Origin: Crocinitomicaceae bacterium
GTDB taxonomy: Bacteria; Bacteroidota; Bacteroidia; Flavobacteriales_D; Crocinitomicaceae
Reading direction: 5' to 3'
NCBI GenBank assembly: GCA_030830785.1
Contig: JAURMI010000007.1
Span: 49,383-113,382 of the forward strand
DNA length: 64,000 bases
The notes under the pieces are model-generated. The model was given only the letters and a program-made list of their open reading frames with translations, had not been told where the DNA came from and searched no databases. Position numbers and translations under genes: made by a program. Below, in pieces: positions 49,548 to 60,283 of the stretch (positions are counted from its first letter, which is position 1; the number at the start of each line of letters is the position of its first letter).

Positions 49548-52382
49548 ATGACACCTTTTGAAAGACGCCATATTGGTCCAGGATCCAAAGAGCAGCAATC
49601 TATGCTAAAGTTAATTGGTGTAGACGATATTTCTACACTTATTAACCGTACTATTCCAGCTCAAATTCGTTTGGAAAGAGAATTAAAGATTGATGCAGCG
49701 CTTTCAGAACAAGTTTTTATAGAGCACATGAATGTCCTTGGTTCTAAAAATAAGGTTTTTAAATCTTTTATAGGATTGGGTTATCATGAAACAATTGTGC
49801 CCTCCGTTATTTTACGTAATGTGCTAGAAAATCCAGGTTGGTATACAGCCTACACGCCCTATCAAGCAGAAATTGCACAGGGTAGATTAGAAGCTTTGTT
49901 GAATTTTCAAACCATGGTCATAGATCTGAGTGGGATGGAAATAGCCAATGCCTCGCTACTTGACGAAGCCACTGCCGCAGCCGAGGCATTAATTATGTTT
50001 TATAATTCTAGAAGTCGTCAAGATGTACTTTCTGGGCGTAATAAATTTTTTGTTGATCAATCTGTTTTACCTCAAAGCATTGAGGTAATGACAGGTAGGG
50101 CTAGAAATTTAGGCATTGAAATCATAGTGGGCGATGCTCAGTTGTTTGAACCAAATGATACTTATTTTGGCGTGTATGTTCAATATCCCAATGCTAAGGG
50201 ACATATCATTGATTGGAGTTCTTTATTTGAAAAATGGAAAATTGCAGGATTACAAATTGCTTTAGGTGCCGATTTACTCTCCTTGGCTTTGCTTAAATCA
50301 CCGGGAAGTATGGGGGCAGATGTCGTTGTCGGTTCTACACAACGTTTTGGTGTACCTATGGGTTATGGTGGTCCTCATGCAGCATTTTTTGCCACAAAAG
50401 AAAATTATAAACGTAATTTGCCAGGTAGAATCATTGGTGTTTCTAAAGATTCCGACGACAATTTAGCGCTCCGCATGGCGCTTCAAACACGGGAGCAACA
50501 CATCAAGAGAGATAAGGCTACCTCAAACATTTGCACAGCCCAAGCTTTATTAGCAGTAATGGCATCAATGTATGCCGTATATCACGGCCCAAATGGAATT
50601 AAACAAATCGCAAATCACGTTCATTTATTGGCATGCAGTGCAGCAGAAAGTCTTCTTAACGAAGGTTATAAGCTAGGTTCATCACAATATTTTGACACCA
50701 TACATGTTCAAGATGTCGATTGTAAGGCAATAAAATTAAAAGCTGAATCGAAGGGCTTAAACTTTCACTATATTTCTTCTAGCGAATTAAGTATTTCATT
50801 CGCAGAACCACATTCAACCTACGATCTTATTGAAGTTTTAGATGTGTTTGGTGCAAAGTTAATGAATGCAGAATCTGTAATTCCAATCCAATTACAGCGA
50901 ACTCAAGAGGTATTGTCACATCCTGTTTTTAATTCATATCATTCAGAATCTCGAATGATGCGCTATTTAAAAAAACTAGAAAATAAAGACCTTTCCTTAG
51001 TCCATTCAATGATTCCATTGGGATCCTGTACAATGAAGCTCAATGCAGCCACTGAAATGATGGCGGTTACCAATCCTCAGTTTGCCAACATACATCCTTT
51101 TGCGCCTATTGATCAAGTGGAGGGTTATAATTTGATGTTCGATCAATTGAAAAAAGATTTATGTGAGGTTACGGGGTTCTCAGCAGTATCATTGCAGCCC
51201 AATTCAGGTGCTCAGGGCGAATACGCTGGACTAATGGTTATTAAGGCTTATCACGAATCTCGAGGTGATTTCGGGCGCAAAAAAATTATTATTCCTTCTT
51301 CAGCACACGGAACTAATCCAGCCTCAGCAGTTATGGCTGGTTTTGAAGTTATCGTCACGGGCTGCGACGAAAATGGGAATATTGATATTGACCAATTACG
51401 TCAAGTTGCTTCCCAACATTGCGAAGTCCTTGCAGGAATTATGGTGACCTATCCTTCTACCCACGGTGTTTATGAAGAAGGTATTATGGAAATAACAAGC
51501 ATTATTCATCAAAATGGAGGTCAGGTGTATATGGATGGTGCAAATATGAATGCGCAAGTTGGCCTTACAAATCCTGGAAAAATTGGCGCGGATGTTTGCC
51601 ATTTGAATTTGCATAAAACTTTTGCCATTCCTCATGGAGGCGGCGGCCCGGGAATGGGACCAATTGGTGTGGCATCACATTTAGCGCCTTTCCTGCCTAG
51701 TAACCCAATGATTAAAACAGGTGGAGAAAATCCAATTCATGCGATTTCAGCGGCACCTTTTGGCTCTTCGCTAATTTTAACGATATCTTACGCATATATT
51801 AAAATGTTAGGAGCAAGTGGTTTGAAACATTCAACCCAAATGGCTATTCTCAATGCAAATTATATTGCCACTCGATTAGAAAAATATTATGATATTCTTT
51901 ATACAGGCTCAAAGGGTACGGTTGCTCACGAAATGATTTTAGATTGTCGTCAGTTTAAAAAAACAGCCGATATTGAGGTTGCAGATATTGCAAAACGCCT
52001 TATTGATTTTGGTTTCCATGCGCCAACGGTTTCATTTCCTGTGGCGGGAACGCTTATGATCGAGCCTACCGAGTCAGAAGATAAAGAGGAATTAGATCGT
52101 TTTTGCGATGCGATGATTAAAATTCGAGAAGAAATTAGAGAGATAGAAGACGGCCTTGCAGATAAGTCAAATAATTTGTTGAAGAATGCGCCGCATACTG
52201 CAAATTGTATAATTAATATTGATTGGACTTATCCGTATACACCTCAACAAGCTGCTTTTCCTTTGCCTTACTTGTTGGAAGCCAAATATTGGTCGCCAGT
52301 TCGCCGTGTGGACAATGCCTATGGCGACAGAAATTTAATTTGTAGTTGTCCTAGCATTGAAAATTACGCCAACATTCAATAA
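49548..52382 (+). CDS. gcvP: Glycine dehydrogenase (aminomethyl-transferring), single-chain P protein
   Basis: YTPYQAEIAQGRLE, TSNICTAQ, PLGSCTMK, HLNLHKTFAIPHGGGGPG. Confidence 0.97.
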   Translation: MTPFERRHIGPGSKEQQSMLKLIGVDDISTLINRTIPAQIRLERELKIDAALSEQVFIEHMNVLGSKNKVFKSFIGLGYHETIVPSVILRNVLENPGWYTAYTPYQAEIAQGRLEALLNFQTMVIDLSGMEIANASLLDEATAAAEALIMFYNSRSRQDVLSGRNKFFVDQSVLPQSIEVMTGRARNLGIEIIVGDAQLFEPNDTYFGVYVQYPNAKGHIIDWSSLFEKWKIAGLQIALGADLLSLALLKSPGSMGADVVVGSTQRFGVPMGYGGPHAAFFATKENYKRNLPGRIIGVSKDSDDNLALRMALQTREQHIKRDKATSNICTAQALLAVMASMYAVYHGPNGIKQIANHVHLLACSAAESLLNEGYKLGSSQYFDTIHVQDVDCKAIKLKAESKGLNFHYISSSELSISFAEPHSTYDLIEVLDVFGAKLMNAESVIPIQLQRTQEVLSHPVFNSYHSESRMMRYLKKLENKDLSLVHSMIPLGSCTMKLNAATEMMAVTNPQFANIHPFAPIDQVEGYNLMFDQLKKDLCEVTGFSAVSLQPNSGAQGEYAGLMVIKAYHESRGDFGRKKIIIPSSAHGTNPASAVMAGFEVIVTGCDENGNIDIDQLRQVASQHCEVLAGIMVTYPSTHGVYEEGIMEITSIIHQNGGQVYMDGANMNAQVGLTNPGKIGADVCHLNLHKTFAIPHGGGGPGMGPIGVASHLAPFLPSNPMIKTGGENPIHAISAAPFGSSLILTISYAYIKMLGASGLKHSTQMAILNANYIATRLEKYYDILYTGSKGTVAHEMILDCRQFKKTADIEVADIAKRLIDFGFHAPTVSFPVAGTLMIEPTESEDKEELDRFCDAMIKIREEIREIEDGLADKSNNLLKNAPHTANCIINIDWTYPYTPQQAAFPLPYLLEAKYWSPVRRVDNAYGDRNLICSCPSIENYANIQ

Positions 52383-52383
52383 A

Positions 52384-53103
52384 ATGTATAAACTCGATAT
52401 ACTCGCTTTTGGGGCGCATCCAGACGATGTTGAGCTTTCAGCAGCAGGCACGATTTTGCATTATGCACAACAGGGTAAAAGAATAGGAATTGTTGATCTC
52501 ACCGAAGGAGAATTGGGTACGCGTGGTAGTGTTGAGGATCGTTACAAAGAAGCTTCTTTAGCTTCATCCTTAATGGGTTTAAAACATAGAAATAACCTTA
52601 GATTGCCCGACGGTTTCTTTGAAAACAATCAGGCTGCCAAAATAAAAATCATTGAACAAATTCGATTTCACCAACCCCAAATTGTTTTGGCCAATGCGCT
52701 GAGCGATAGGCATCCTGATCATTCTAAGGCGGGTAATCTAGTGGCAGAAGCTTGTTTTTTGGCAGGTTTGCGTAAAATCCAAACCAATTATCAAGGAGAA
52801 GCCCAAGAATTCTTTCGTCCAAAACTAGTTTTGCACTACATCCAAGATTACCATCAAGTACCATCATTTGTTCACGATGTAACACCTTATTTAGCAAAAA
52901 AAATAGAGGTAATTAAGGCCTACAAATCACAATTTTTCGATCCAAATTCCAAAGAACCAAATACGCCAATTTCCTCAGAATTATTTTTCGATTTTTTAAA
53001 AGGTAGAATGCTTGAAATGGGACGTCCTGCAGGTTATGACTATGCTGAAGGTTTTGTTGTTAATAGGTGGTTTGGTGTTCAGAATATTTTTGATCTCGAC
53101 TGA
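52384..53103 (+). CDS. bshB1: Bacillithiol biosynthesis deacetylase BshB1 (PIG-L family)
   Basis: GAHPDDVE, LTEGELGTRG, DRHPDH, YKSQF; probable start ATG 52384. Confidence 0.85.
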   Translation: MYKLDILAFGAHPDDVELSAAGTILHYAQQGKRIGIVDLTEGELGTRGSVEDRYKEASLASSLMGLKHRNNLRLPDGFFENNQAAKIKIIEQIRFHQPQIVLANALSDRHPDHSKAGNLVAEACFLAGLRKIQTNYQGEAQEFFRPKLVLHYIQDYHQVPSFVHDVTPYLAKKIEVIKAYKSQFFDPNSKEPNTPISSELFFDFLKGRMLEMGRPAGYDYAEGFVVNRWFGVQNIFDLD

Positions 53104-53444
53104 AGTTTGTACCAAAAGTATAAAGCTATACCAAGCCCTATACCTACTGAATTGGCAATTATATCAAAAAAAGAGCATTCTCGTCCGGGAATTAATTTTT
53201 GAAGTATCTCCAAAATAATGCCCATTCCCATTAAAACGCTTAAAAAAAACAGGCCTCGTTTTATTGGATTAAATCCAAAAACTAAATAAGTATTTAGACT
53301 CAGGATACTATAGGCAATAAAATGTCCTATTTTATCATTTATTCGAAGTTGCATTCCATGCCCGGGATTTTTTAACGAAAAGTATGAGATGATAACAACC
53401 TCTAGCGTAAGAAGAATAATGAGGGTTTTGCGAATATTACTCAT
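53079..53444 (-). CDS. VanZ family membrane protein
   Basis: DKIGHFIAY, EILQ, R...DIIAN. Confidence 0.8.
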   Translation of the reverse strand: MSNIRKTLIILLTLEVVIISYFSLKNPGHGMQLRINDKIGHFIAYSILSLNTYLVFGFNPIKRGLFFLSVLMGMGIILEILQKLIPGRECSFFDIIANSVGIGLGIALYFWYKLQSRSKIF

Positions 53445-56235
53445 AACCTAATTCTTTGTCTTTTTTGACAGCGGGTCGTCCTTGTGTCATCCAAGACGGG
53501 GCGGGGGCATCTAATAAGTAATGATCGAAAAACTGTCGCATGCGTATAGACAAATCGTATTTATTAGGTAGTTTGGTCAGGTTGTGGTCATCATTGTTGT
53601 AATTAAGCATCCAGCATGCTTTTCCAAGCCGCCGCAGACCGTTATAAAGTTCGATTCCCTGATACCAAGGTACAGCACCATCTTTATCGTTGGCCATGAT
53701 TAAAAGAGGAGTTTGAACCTTTGGTAAATGAAATAAGGGCGAGTTTTCAATATATAATTCTGGATTTTCCCAAATATTGGCGCCAATCCGGCTTTGTGTA
53801 CTTTCGTACTGGAATTGTCTGTTGAGTCCGCTTCCCCAACGAATACCTCCGTATGCAGAAAACATATTGCTAACTGGTGCCCCTGCCATAGCAGCAGTAA
53901 AACGCGTCGTCATGGTGATCAGCATTGCTGTTTGATATCCACCCCAGCTTTGTCCTTGTAAGCCAATTCGATTTTCATCAATCGGATAGTTTTCTATCAA
54001 ATAATCTGTTGCGCTCATAATGCTGTTATAAGCCCCCTGAGCAGGTTTGCCTGGTTCATATCGAATATCGGGAACAAAGACCAAATAACCTCCACTCGCA
54101 TATTCCGTGGGGTTGATAATGCTTGCAGAAGGTTTTGGAGCTTGGTAGTTGTGCAAATTATCAGCATTGAGCTCATAATAATAAAAAAGAAGCGGATAAG
54201 TTGAATTAGGGTCAAAGTTTTCAGGTTTGTATAACAATCCTTCCAATTCTTGTCCATTATACGCATTCCATTTTACTGTTTCTACAGTGGCCCAATTGTA
54301 TTGATTTTGCTGTGGGTTGGCAGTAGAAATCTTCTTGGCGAGATTAAAATTTTGATCCTGCACAAGCCAAATGTCAGGGTATGTACTCACGTCCATTTTA
54401 CGCAATAAGTAAGCATCATTTTTATCTGCTTTTTGAAGTGCTACAATTCGTTGAGAAACATCTAATTTTTTAATTAACTCATTGGATTGATACAAATACA
54501 GGTGCTCATTTTTATTTGCTTTATTCAAACCAATAAAATAGCCGTCATTAAAATCTAACCAAACCGAGTCGCTGTGAAATTTAATAAAACGCAATTCAAT
54601 TTGATTTTTTGTAGCCACTTCATTGCTTAAACTTTTGAGGGTTTTATTTGAAATATCGTAAGTCCAGATATCGCAATCGGACTGAAAACAGAATTCTTTT
54701 GCATCTTTTGTAAATCCTAGCTGACTAATCGGACCAGCCTCTCTGGGCTGTCCATTTAAATCTTCTATCCAAACAATATCTTTTCGAGAACAATTCATAC
54801 AAATGTGCTCTTGACTTTCAATATCTAGTAGCATCCATTTTTGCCCCTCAGAAAGAAAATAGGTATAATAACGGCCATCTGCCGAGAGATCTCCATAAAA
54901 GGTTAAACCTTTACCCAAGGGAAGTGCTGTGCCACTTAGTAGATCAATTCTATATATATCACTCTTTGATGGGGCGTGCCATTGTGCCTCAATTGCGTAT
55001 GGATTGTTATTGCTAGCTAATAAATATGGGGCTTTTATCTGCCTATCTACCATTATGCGAAGTGAATCGGTTTCGATTTTAACAAGCCGGTCATTTTCGA
55101 TGTGATATACATAAATTAAACCTTTGGTTAAGTCATAATCTTTTCTAAGCAATTGTTGTGGTTGAAGTTGCAAATCTCGATAATGCCAAATATCTAAATT
55201 CACTTTTTCTCTTTCGAGAAGCGTATCCTGAAAGTCGAATTCTCTGGGTACTACAGAAAAAAATAGCAGATTATTGTCGTTGCTAAACATTGGTTTCCTT
55301 CCTTTTGAGATTGCCTGGTACCTGCCATCAGATGAAAGTTCAAAATCAGTTGAATCACCAAAATTTGTTGATTTGAGTTCAGAAAAACTAAAAAGCAACA
55401 ATTGCATATTTTTAACCTTTGAAGTATCTGTGCTATATAAAAAACTAATTAGTTCACTGTTTTTGCTCCAATTTAAATCTGAAATAAGAGTTTGTGCATC
55501 GAATTCTTGGAGTAATTGTAAATCTTTTGTTTGGTAAATACTGACTTGAAAAGTATCTAATTTAACTTTCCGATGTTTAATTATGGCCACCTTATTGCCA
55601 TCTGGACTCAATGAAAATTGAGTAACACTATCTAAAAATAGTAAGCTAGTTTGATCAGATTGAAATATATTTAGTCTATTGCCGTCCGTTTTATATGGAT
55701 TAAGATTTTCTGAAGGATTGTGTTTTTTCCAAAAAAATAATTTATGCCATTTTTTTAATTCAGTTTGCTTTTGTTTTGAAGAACTTATCTCTTGTGTGAA
55801 TGCCAAGATTGGGGCATTTTGGGCCTGAATCACTTGCTTAACTTTTTCAAATTTAAACAGTGTATCTTTTTCAATATGATAGATATAAAGAGAGTCTTTT
55901 GGCCATTTTCGTTTTTCCACTTTTCTGAGCTCGAGTTGTCTTAAGGTGTCGTAGTCTGGGCTCATTAACCAAGCAACAAAACCTTCATCTTTAGCTATAA
56001 TGGCATTATTGCCTCTAGAAATAGAATCATGTTTTTGCGCTGCAATGTAATCTATATGCAAAATCGGGTTGCCTTTAAGAACGGTCAGTTCATAAGTTGC
56101 AATTTGACCACTTTCGGAAATTTGTTCTTTTTCGATACGTTTCCATGTATCATAGGCCTTGAAGTCAAGCGCTGGTTTTTGCGCTGTAAAAAAATTTACA
56201 TTCAGAATTATTATAAAAAGCAGTAGATTTTTCAT
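53437..56235 (-). CDS. S9 prolyl oligopeptidase family serine peptidase
   Basis: Signal peptide, beta-propeller region, GQSWGG, DGAV, H in DDHNL. Confidence 0.9.
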   Translation of the reverse strand: MKNLLLFIIILNVNFFTAQKPALDFKAYDTWKRIEKEQISESGQIATYELTVLKGNPILHIDYIAAQKHDSISRGNNAIIAKDEGFVAWLMSPDYDTLRQLELRKVEKRKWPKDSLYIYHIEKDTLFKFEKVKQVIQAQNAPILAFTQEISSSKQKQTELKKWHKLFFWKKHNPSENLNPYKTDGNRLNIFQSDQTSLLFLDSVTQFSLSPDGNKVAIIKHRKVKLDTFQVSIYQTKDLQLLQEFDAQTLISDLNWSKNSELISFLYSTDTSKVKNMQLLLFSFSELKSTNFGDSTDFELSSDGRYQAISKGRKPMFSNDNNLLFFSVVPREFDFQDTLLEREKVNLDIWHYRDLQLQPQQLLRKDYDLTKGLIYVYHIENDRLVKIETDSLRIMVDRQIKAPYLLASNNNPYAIEAQWHAPSKSDIYRIDLLSGTALPLGKGLTFYGDLSADGRYYTYFLSEGQKWMLLDIESQEHICMNCSRKDIVWIEDLNGQPREAGPISQLGFTKDAKEFCFQSDCDIWTYDISNKTLKSLSNEVATKNQIELRFIKFHSDSVWLDFNDGYFIGLNKANKNEHLYLYQSNELIKKLDVSQRIVALQKADKNDAYLLRKMDVSTYPDIWLVQDQNFNLAKKISTANPQQNQYNWATVETVKWNAYNGQELEGLLYKPENFDPNSTYPLLFYYYELNADNLHNYQAPKPSASIINPTEYASGGYLVFVPDIRYEPGKPAQGAYNSIMSATDYLIENYPIDENRIGLQGQSWGGYQTAMLITMTTRFTAAMAGAPVSNMFSAYGGIRWGSGLNRQFQYESTQSRIGANIWENPELYIENSPLFHLPKVQTPLLIMANDKDGAVPWYQGIELYNGLRRLGKACWMLNYNNDDHNLTKLPNKYDLSIRMRQFFDHYLLDAPAPSWMTQGRPAVKKDKELGYE

Positions 56236-57149
56236 TTTTTTGACTTGTGAAAGGATACTAAATATACACCCATAAAAATAAGCAACATATATAATATGCG
56301 CTCAAGGGTTATGATATGCAAATAGTTATCGGACCAACCAATGGCGGCAAAAATAAAAGTGAAAAGCATCACCATTATCGGCTGTGTGTATATATAGGTC
56401 GCAGAAACGGTTGGGCTTACATATTTAAGCCCAAAGATGGTCAACAAATAAGTCAAGAATGTTACGCCAATTATTACATAAAGAATTTTAAGCCATGCAT
56501 TAAACGGTATGATGCTTAAATTAATTTGAGATAAATTGTGCCAAGTGGGCGGGAAGAGCAGCAAAAGAATGAAGCCAATGGTGAATACGTAACAAATAAC
56601 TTGAATAGGGCTGTATTTGGTTAAAAGCGGTTTTGATAATACCAAGTATAGCGCATAACTCAAAGCATTTATAAGTAAGAAGAGATCTCCGCGAACAGAA
56701 GTCCCAATGGACTGTCCTGAACTCAATGTCAAGGCAATGGCTCCCGCTGCACCAATGAGAATCCCTAAGTAATTTTTAGCGCTTAATTTTTCTCTGTAAA
56801 TTAATGCTGACAGCACAAAAACCATTAATGGATTTAAAGCCATAATAATACCTGCATTGAGTGCAGATGACAAGTGAAGTCCGTGAAAAAAAAATAATTG
56901 ATTAATAGTAACGCCAAAGAGTCCGGCGGCGCCAAAACGCCATAGGTCTTTTGGATCAATTGGTTTTCTTTTTTGAAAAATCAATAGCAGCCAAAATAAA
57001 ATAACGGCACCAAAAACTCTAAAAAAAATAAAGGTTGTAGGGTCTAAATATTTTGGCATTACGCCCTTAGCCAATACATGATTTGCGCCATAGAGCATAT
57101 TGACGAAAAGTAAAGCGAAATGCGCTTTTGATAATTGCGATAATGACAC
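56232..57149 (-). CDS. DMT/EamA family transporter
   Basis: About 10 TM helices in two EamA repeats; probable GTG start at 57149 because the ORF-track start overlaps recF. Confidence 0.85.
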   Translation of the reverse strand: MSLSQLSKAHFALLFVNMLYGANHVLAKGVMPKYLDPTTFIFFRVFGAVILFWLLLIFQKRKPIDPKDLWRFGAAGLFGVTINQLFFFHGLHLSSALNAGIIMALNPLMVFVLSALIYREKLSAKNYLGILIGAAGAIALTLSSGQSIGTSVRGDLFLLINALSYALYLVLSKPLLTKYSPIQVICYVFTIGFILLLLFPPTWHNLSQINLSIIPFNAWLKILYVIIGVTFLTYLLTIFGLKYVSPTVSATYIYTQPIMVMLFTFIFAAIGWSDNYLHIITLERILYMLLIFMGVYLVSFHKSKK

Positions 57150-57153
57150 AGAG

Positions 57154-57178
57154 CAAAAGTAGTTATTCTGTATCTTTG
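57154..57178. promoter_or_regulatory. Back-to-back -7 elements: TACTTTTG (minus, 57154-57161) and TATCTTTG (plus, 57171-57178)
   Basis: Both are exact TAnnTTTG matches, each 4 nt from a start codon. Confidence 0.7.
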
Positions 57179-57182
57179 TTTT

Positions 57183-58286
57183 ATGCATTTGGCCAAGCTT
57201 CATTTAGTTAACTACAAGAATTATAAAGACCTCGAACTTGAATTGGTGCCGGGAATTAATGGTCTAGTCGGCCCAAACGGTGCAGGTAAAACCAATATCT
57301 TGGATAGTGTTTATTATTTAAGTATGTGTAAGAGTTATCTCAATGTAAATGACCGTCAAAATCTTCGTTTTGATGAGAATTATTTCTTTATTACGGGTCA
57401 ATGGGTGCTTGAAAATTCAAATCATCAAGTTCAGGTAGCTTATAAAGCCGGTGCAAAAAAACAAATCAAATGGAATAAAAAAGCCTACGATAAAATCACT
57501 TCGCACATCGGAAAATTGCCAGTTGTCTTTATTTCACCCTATGACGGTGATTTAATCGCAGAAGGTTCAGAACTTCGACGCAAATGGATGGATGGTTTAT
57601 TATCGCAATTGGATAAAAATTATTTAGAAGAAATTCAACGATATGCGCGTTTATTAGATCAACGCCATGCCCTTTTGCGCAATATGCATGATCATCGCAT
57701 TTTTGATACAGAGGCACTTGAGGTTTGGGATGAACAAATAGTGCCTTGCGGAAACTATATTTATCAAAAACGCAAGGAATTTTTATCAGAATTCATTCCA
57801 ATATTTAAACGGTTTTATGCCCAAATAGGTCAGTCTTTTGAAGAGGTGGAGATCAATTACCGTTCTCAACTGTCTGAGGGCCAATTTTCAGATCTTTTAA
57901 AAAACTCAGGAAAAAAGGATGCCATCACACAGTATACCAACGTCGGAGTCCACAAAGACGATTTACTCTTTCAAATAAACAGCCATCCTGTTAAAAAATT
58001 TGGCTCGCAAGGACAACAAAAATCGTTCATCATTGCTTTGCGTCTTTCTCAATTTGATTGGTTAAAGCAACACAAAGGTCAAAAGCCTGTTTTATTACTT
58101 GACGATATTTTTGACAAACTAGATAATCAAAGAGTGGAGCGTTTAATCGATTTGGTTAGTGCCGATTACTTTGGTCAGGTATTGATTACTGATACGGACC
58201 CAAAAAGAATGAAATCGCTTTTTCGGAAGCTTCCAGTAAACTCAAACTTATTGCAGATTAAAGATTTAGAAGCCATTCCTTTATGA
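57183..58286 (+). CDS. recF: DNA replication and repair protein RecF
   Basis: GPNGAGKTN Walker A, GSQGQQKS signature, LLLDD Walker B. Confidence 0.95.
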   Translation: MHLAKLHLVNYKNYKDLELELVPGINGLVGPNGAGKTNILDSVYYLSMCKSYLNVNDRQNLRFDENYFFITGQWVLENSNHQVQVAYKAGAKKQIKWNKKAYDKITSHIGKLPVVFISPYDGDLIAEGSELRRKWMDGLLSQLDKNYLEEIQRYARLLDQRHALLRNMHDHRIFDTEALEVWDEQIVPCGNYIYQKRKEFLSEFIPIFKRFYAQIGQSFEEVEINYRSQLSEGQFSDLLKNSGKKDAITQYTNVGVHKDDLLFQINSHPVKKFGSQGQQKSFIIALRLSQFDWLKQHKGQKPVLLLDDIFDKLDNQRVERLIDLVSADYFGQVLITDTDPKRMKSLFRKLPVNSNLLQIKDLEAIPL

Positions 58287-58588
58287 GTTCAGATAACAAA
58301 AGACAAGAAGACGGTAAACCACTAAACAGTTTGGTGGATAAAATTCTTAAAGCATATGGGTTGCAAGATAAAATGAAAAATTACGACCTTATTGCAGCTT
58401 GGCCCGAACTCATGGGTCCAGCTGTTGCCAAGAGAACAACTGAGATTCGCATCGAAAAGAATGTTCTTTATTTAAAAATAGATTCTAGTGTTATGAGAGA
58501 CGAACTTTTTTCAGGAAAACAAATAATAATTGCGCGTTGTAATGAATATGTAGGCGCGGAGCTGATAACCGATATTTGGTTCTATTGA
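58283..58588 (+). CDS. DUF721 / DciA family protein
   Basis: WPELMG..VA..T, LYLKIDSSVMRDEL; directly after recF. Confidence 0.8.
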   Translation: MSSDNKRQEDGKPLNSLVDKILKAYGLQDKMKNYDLIAAWPELMGPAVAKRTTEIRIEKNVLYLKIDSSVMRDELFSGKQIIIARCNEYVGAELITDIWFY

Positions 58589-58654
58589 TAAGTAAGCTTT
58601 TCATGCTTCAAGGCAATTCAAGTTTTTGTAATTTTGTTTTTAAACAATTTAACT

Positions 58655-60283
58655 ATGTCAAACGCATTTTTTAAGGCACCAATCGCTATTAATGAGACAG
58701 TTCGGGCCTATGGACCAAATACACCAGAACGCGCTTCATTACTGGCAAAATATCGAGAATTTAAAGATCGTAATCCAATCGATGTGCCAATGTATATTGG
58801 CGGGCAAAAAATCACTACGGACAATAAAATAGCCCTCACCATGCCCCATGACCACCAACATGTCTTAGGTTATTATAATCAAGGTGATGGCGCACATGTA
58901 AGTGCGGCCATAAATGCGGCATTGGCTGCTAAAACCAAATGGTCTTCACTCCCTTGGCAAGATCGCGCGGCAATATTTTTAAGGGCTGCAGACTTATTAG
59001 CAGGCCCCTTTCGCGATCGAATGAATGCAGCAACAATGCTTTGTCAATCTAAAAATGTTTTTCAATCTGAGATTGATGCGGCATGTGAACTAATCGATTT
59101 TTTTCGATTTAATGTTCAATACATGACTCAAATTTATAGCGAACAACCAGAGTCGTCAGTGGGTATGTGGAACCGTTTGGAGTATCGTCCCCTAGAAGGA
59201 TTTGTTTTTGCTTTGACGCCATTTAATTTTACTTCAATTGCTGCCAATTTATCTGCGGCGCCTGCAATGATGGGAAATGTGGTTGTATGGAAACCAGCAG
59301 ATAGTCAAATTTATTCTGCACATGTAATTATGGAATTATTCGAAGCCGCAGGTTTACCAGCTGGTGTTATTAATATGATAACGGTAGATGGACCAGTTGC
59401 AGGAGAAGTGATTTTTAAGCATAAAGAATTTTCAGGAATTCATTTCACTGGATCGACAGGTGTTTTTCGTCAGCTTTGGAAAAATATTGCCAATAACATT
59501 GAAACTTATCGTTCCTATCCACGAATCGTCGGGGAAACAGGGGGTAAAGATTTCGTGATGGTTCATAAAAGTGCCGATGCAGCCCAGGTTGCTACTGCGC
59601 TTTCACGAGGAGCCTTTGAATTTCAAGGTCAAAAATGTTCTGCGGCCTCACGTGCTTATATTCCTCAAAGTTTGTGGCCCCAGGTTAAAAAGATTTTAGT
59701 AGATCAAATTAATTCATTTAAAATAGGAAGTCCTGAGGATACTTCAAATTTTGTCAATGCTGTAATAGATCAACGTGCATTTGATAAAATTGCATCCTAC
59801 ATAGATTTTATCAAAGATCAAACCGATGCTCAAATCATTGCAGGTGGAAATTATGATAAATCAGTCGGATACTTTATTTGGCCTACAATTGTAGAGACGA
59901 GCAATCCTCAATTTCGAACGTTGGTTGAGGAAATTTTTGGACCAGTACTTACCATTTATGTATATGCCGATGACGATTTTGAACAAACTTTAGAATTGGT
60001 AGATCAGACCTCCGAATATGCATTAACAGGTTCGATTATTTCCACCGATCGCTATGCCATACAATTAGCAAATGAGAAATTGATGAATGCTGCAGGGAAC
60101 TTTTATATTAATGATAAACCTACAGGCGCTGTTGTGGGTCAGCAACCATTTGGAGGGGCAAGAGGCTCCGGAACCAATGATAAAGCGGGTGCTGCAATCA
60201 ATTTAATGCGCTGGGTATCCCCTCGCACTATTAAGGAGACCTTTGTGCCCCCATCCGATTACCGATATCCATTTTTAGATTAA
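58655..60283 (+). CDS. pruA: L-glutamate gamma-semialdehyde (P5C) dehydrogenase
   Basis: EIDAACE, PFNF, FTGST, GETGGK, QGQKCSA, YINDKPTGAVVGQQPFGG; TAATTTTG at 58629-58636 supports the ATG 58655 start. Confidence 0.95.
   Translation: MSNAFFKAPIAINETVRAYGPNTPERASLLAKYREFKDRNPIDVPMYIGGQKITTDNKIALTMPHDHQHVLGYYNQGDGAHVSAAINAALAAKTKWSSLPWQDRAAIFLRAADLLAGPFRDRMNAATMLCQSKNVFQSEIDAACELIDFFRFNVQYMTQIYSEQPESSVGMWNRLEYRPLEGFVFALTPFNFTSIAANLSAAPAMMGNVVVWKPADSQIYSAHVIMELFEAAGLPAGVINMITVDGPVAGEVIFKHKEFSGIHFTGSTGVFRQLWKNIANNIETYRSYPRIVGETGGKDFVMVHKSADAAQVATALSRGAFEFQGQKCSAASRAYIPQSLWPQVKKILVDQINSFKIGSPEDTSNFVNAVIDQRAFDKIASYIDFIKDQTDAQIIAGGNYDKSVGYFIWPTIVETSNPQFRTLVEEIFGPVLTIYVYADDDFEQTLELVDQTSEYALTGSIISTDRYAIQLANEKLMNAAGNFYINDKPTGAVVGQQPFGGARGSGTNDKAGAAINLMRWVSPRTIKETFVPPSDYRYPFLD

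Noticed and set aside
53079..53444. vanZ as evidence of glycopeptide resistance
   Set aside because: VanZ-like proteins are widespread and no other van genes are present
57150..57203. Apparent head-to-head overlap of the DMT transporter with recF, and similar N-terminal extensions of sucB, the nucleoside permease, the SGNH partner, bshB1 and pruA
   Set aside because: Artefacts of longest-ORF calling; downstream starts fit the promoter elements and domain boundaries better
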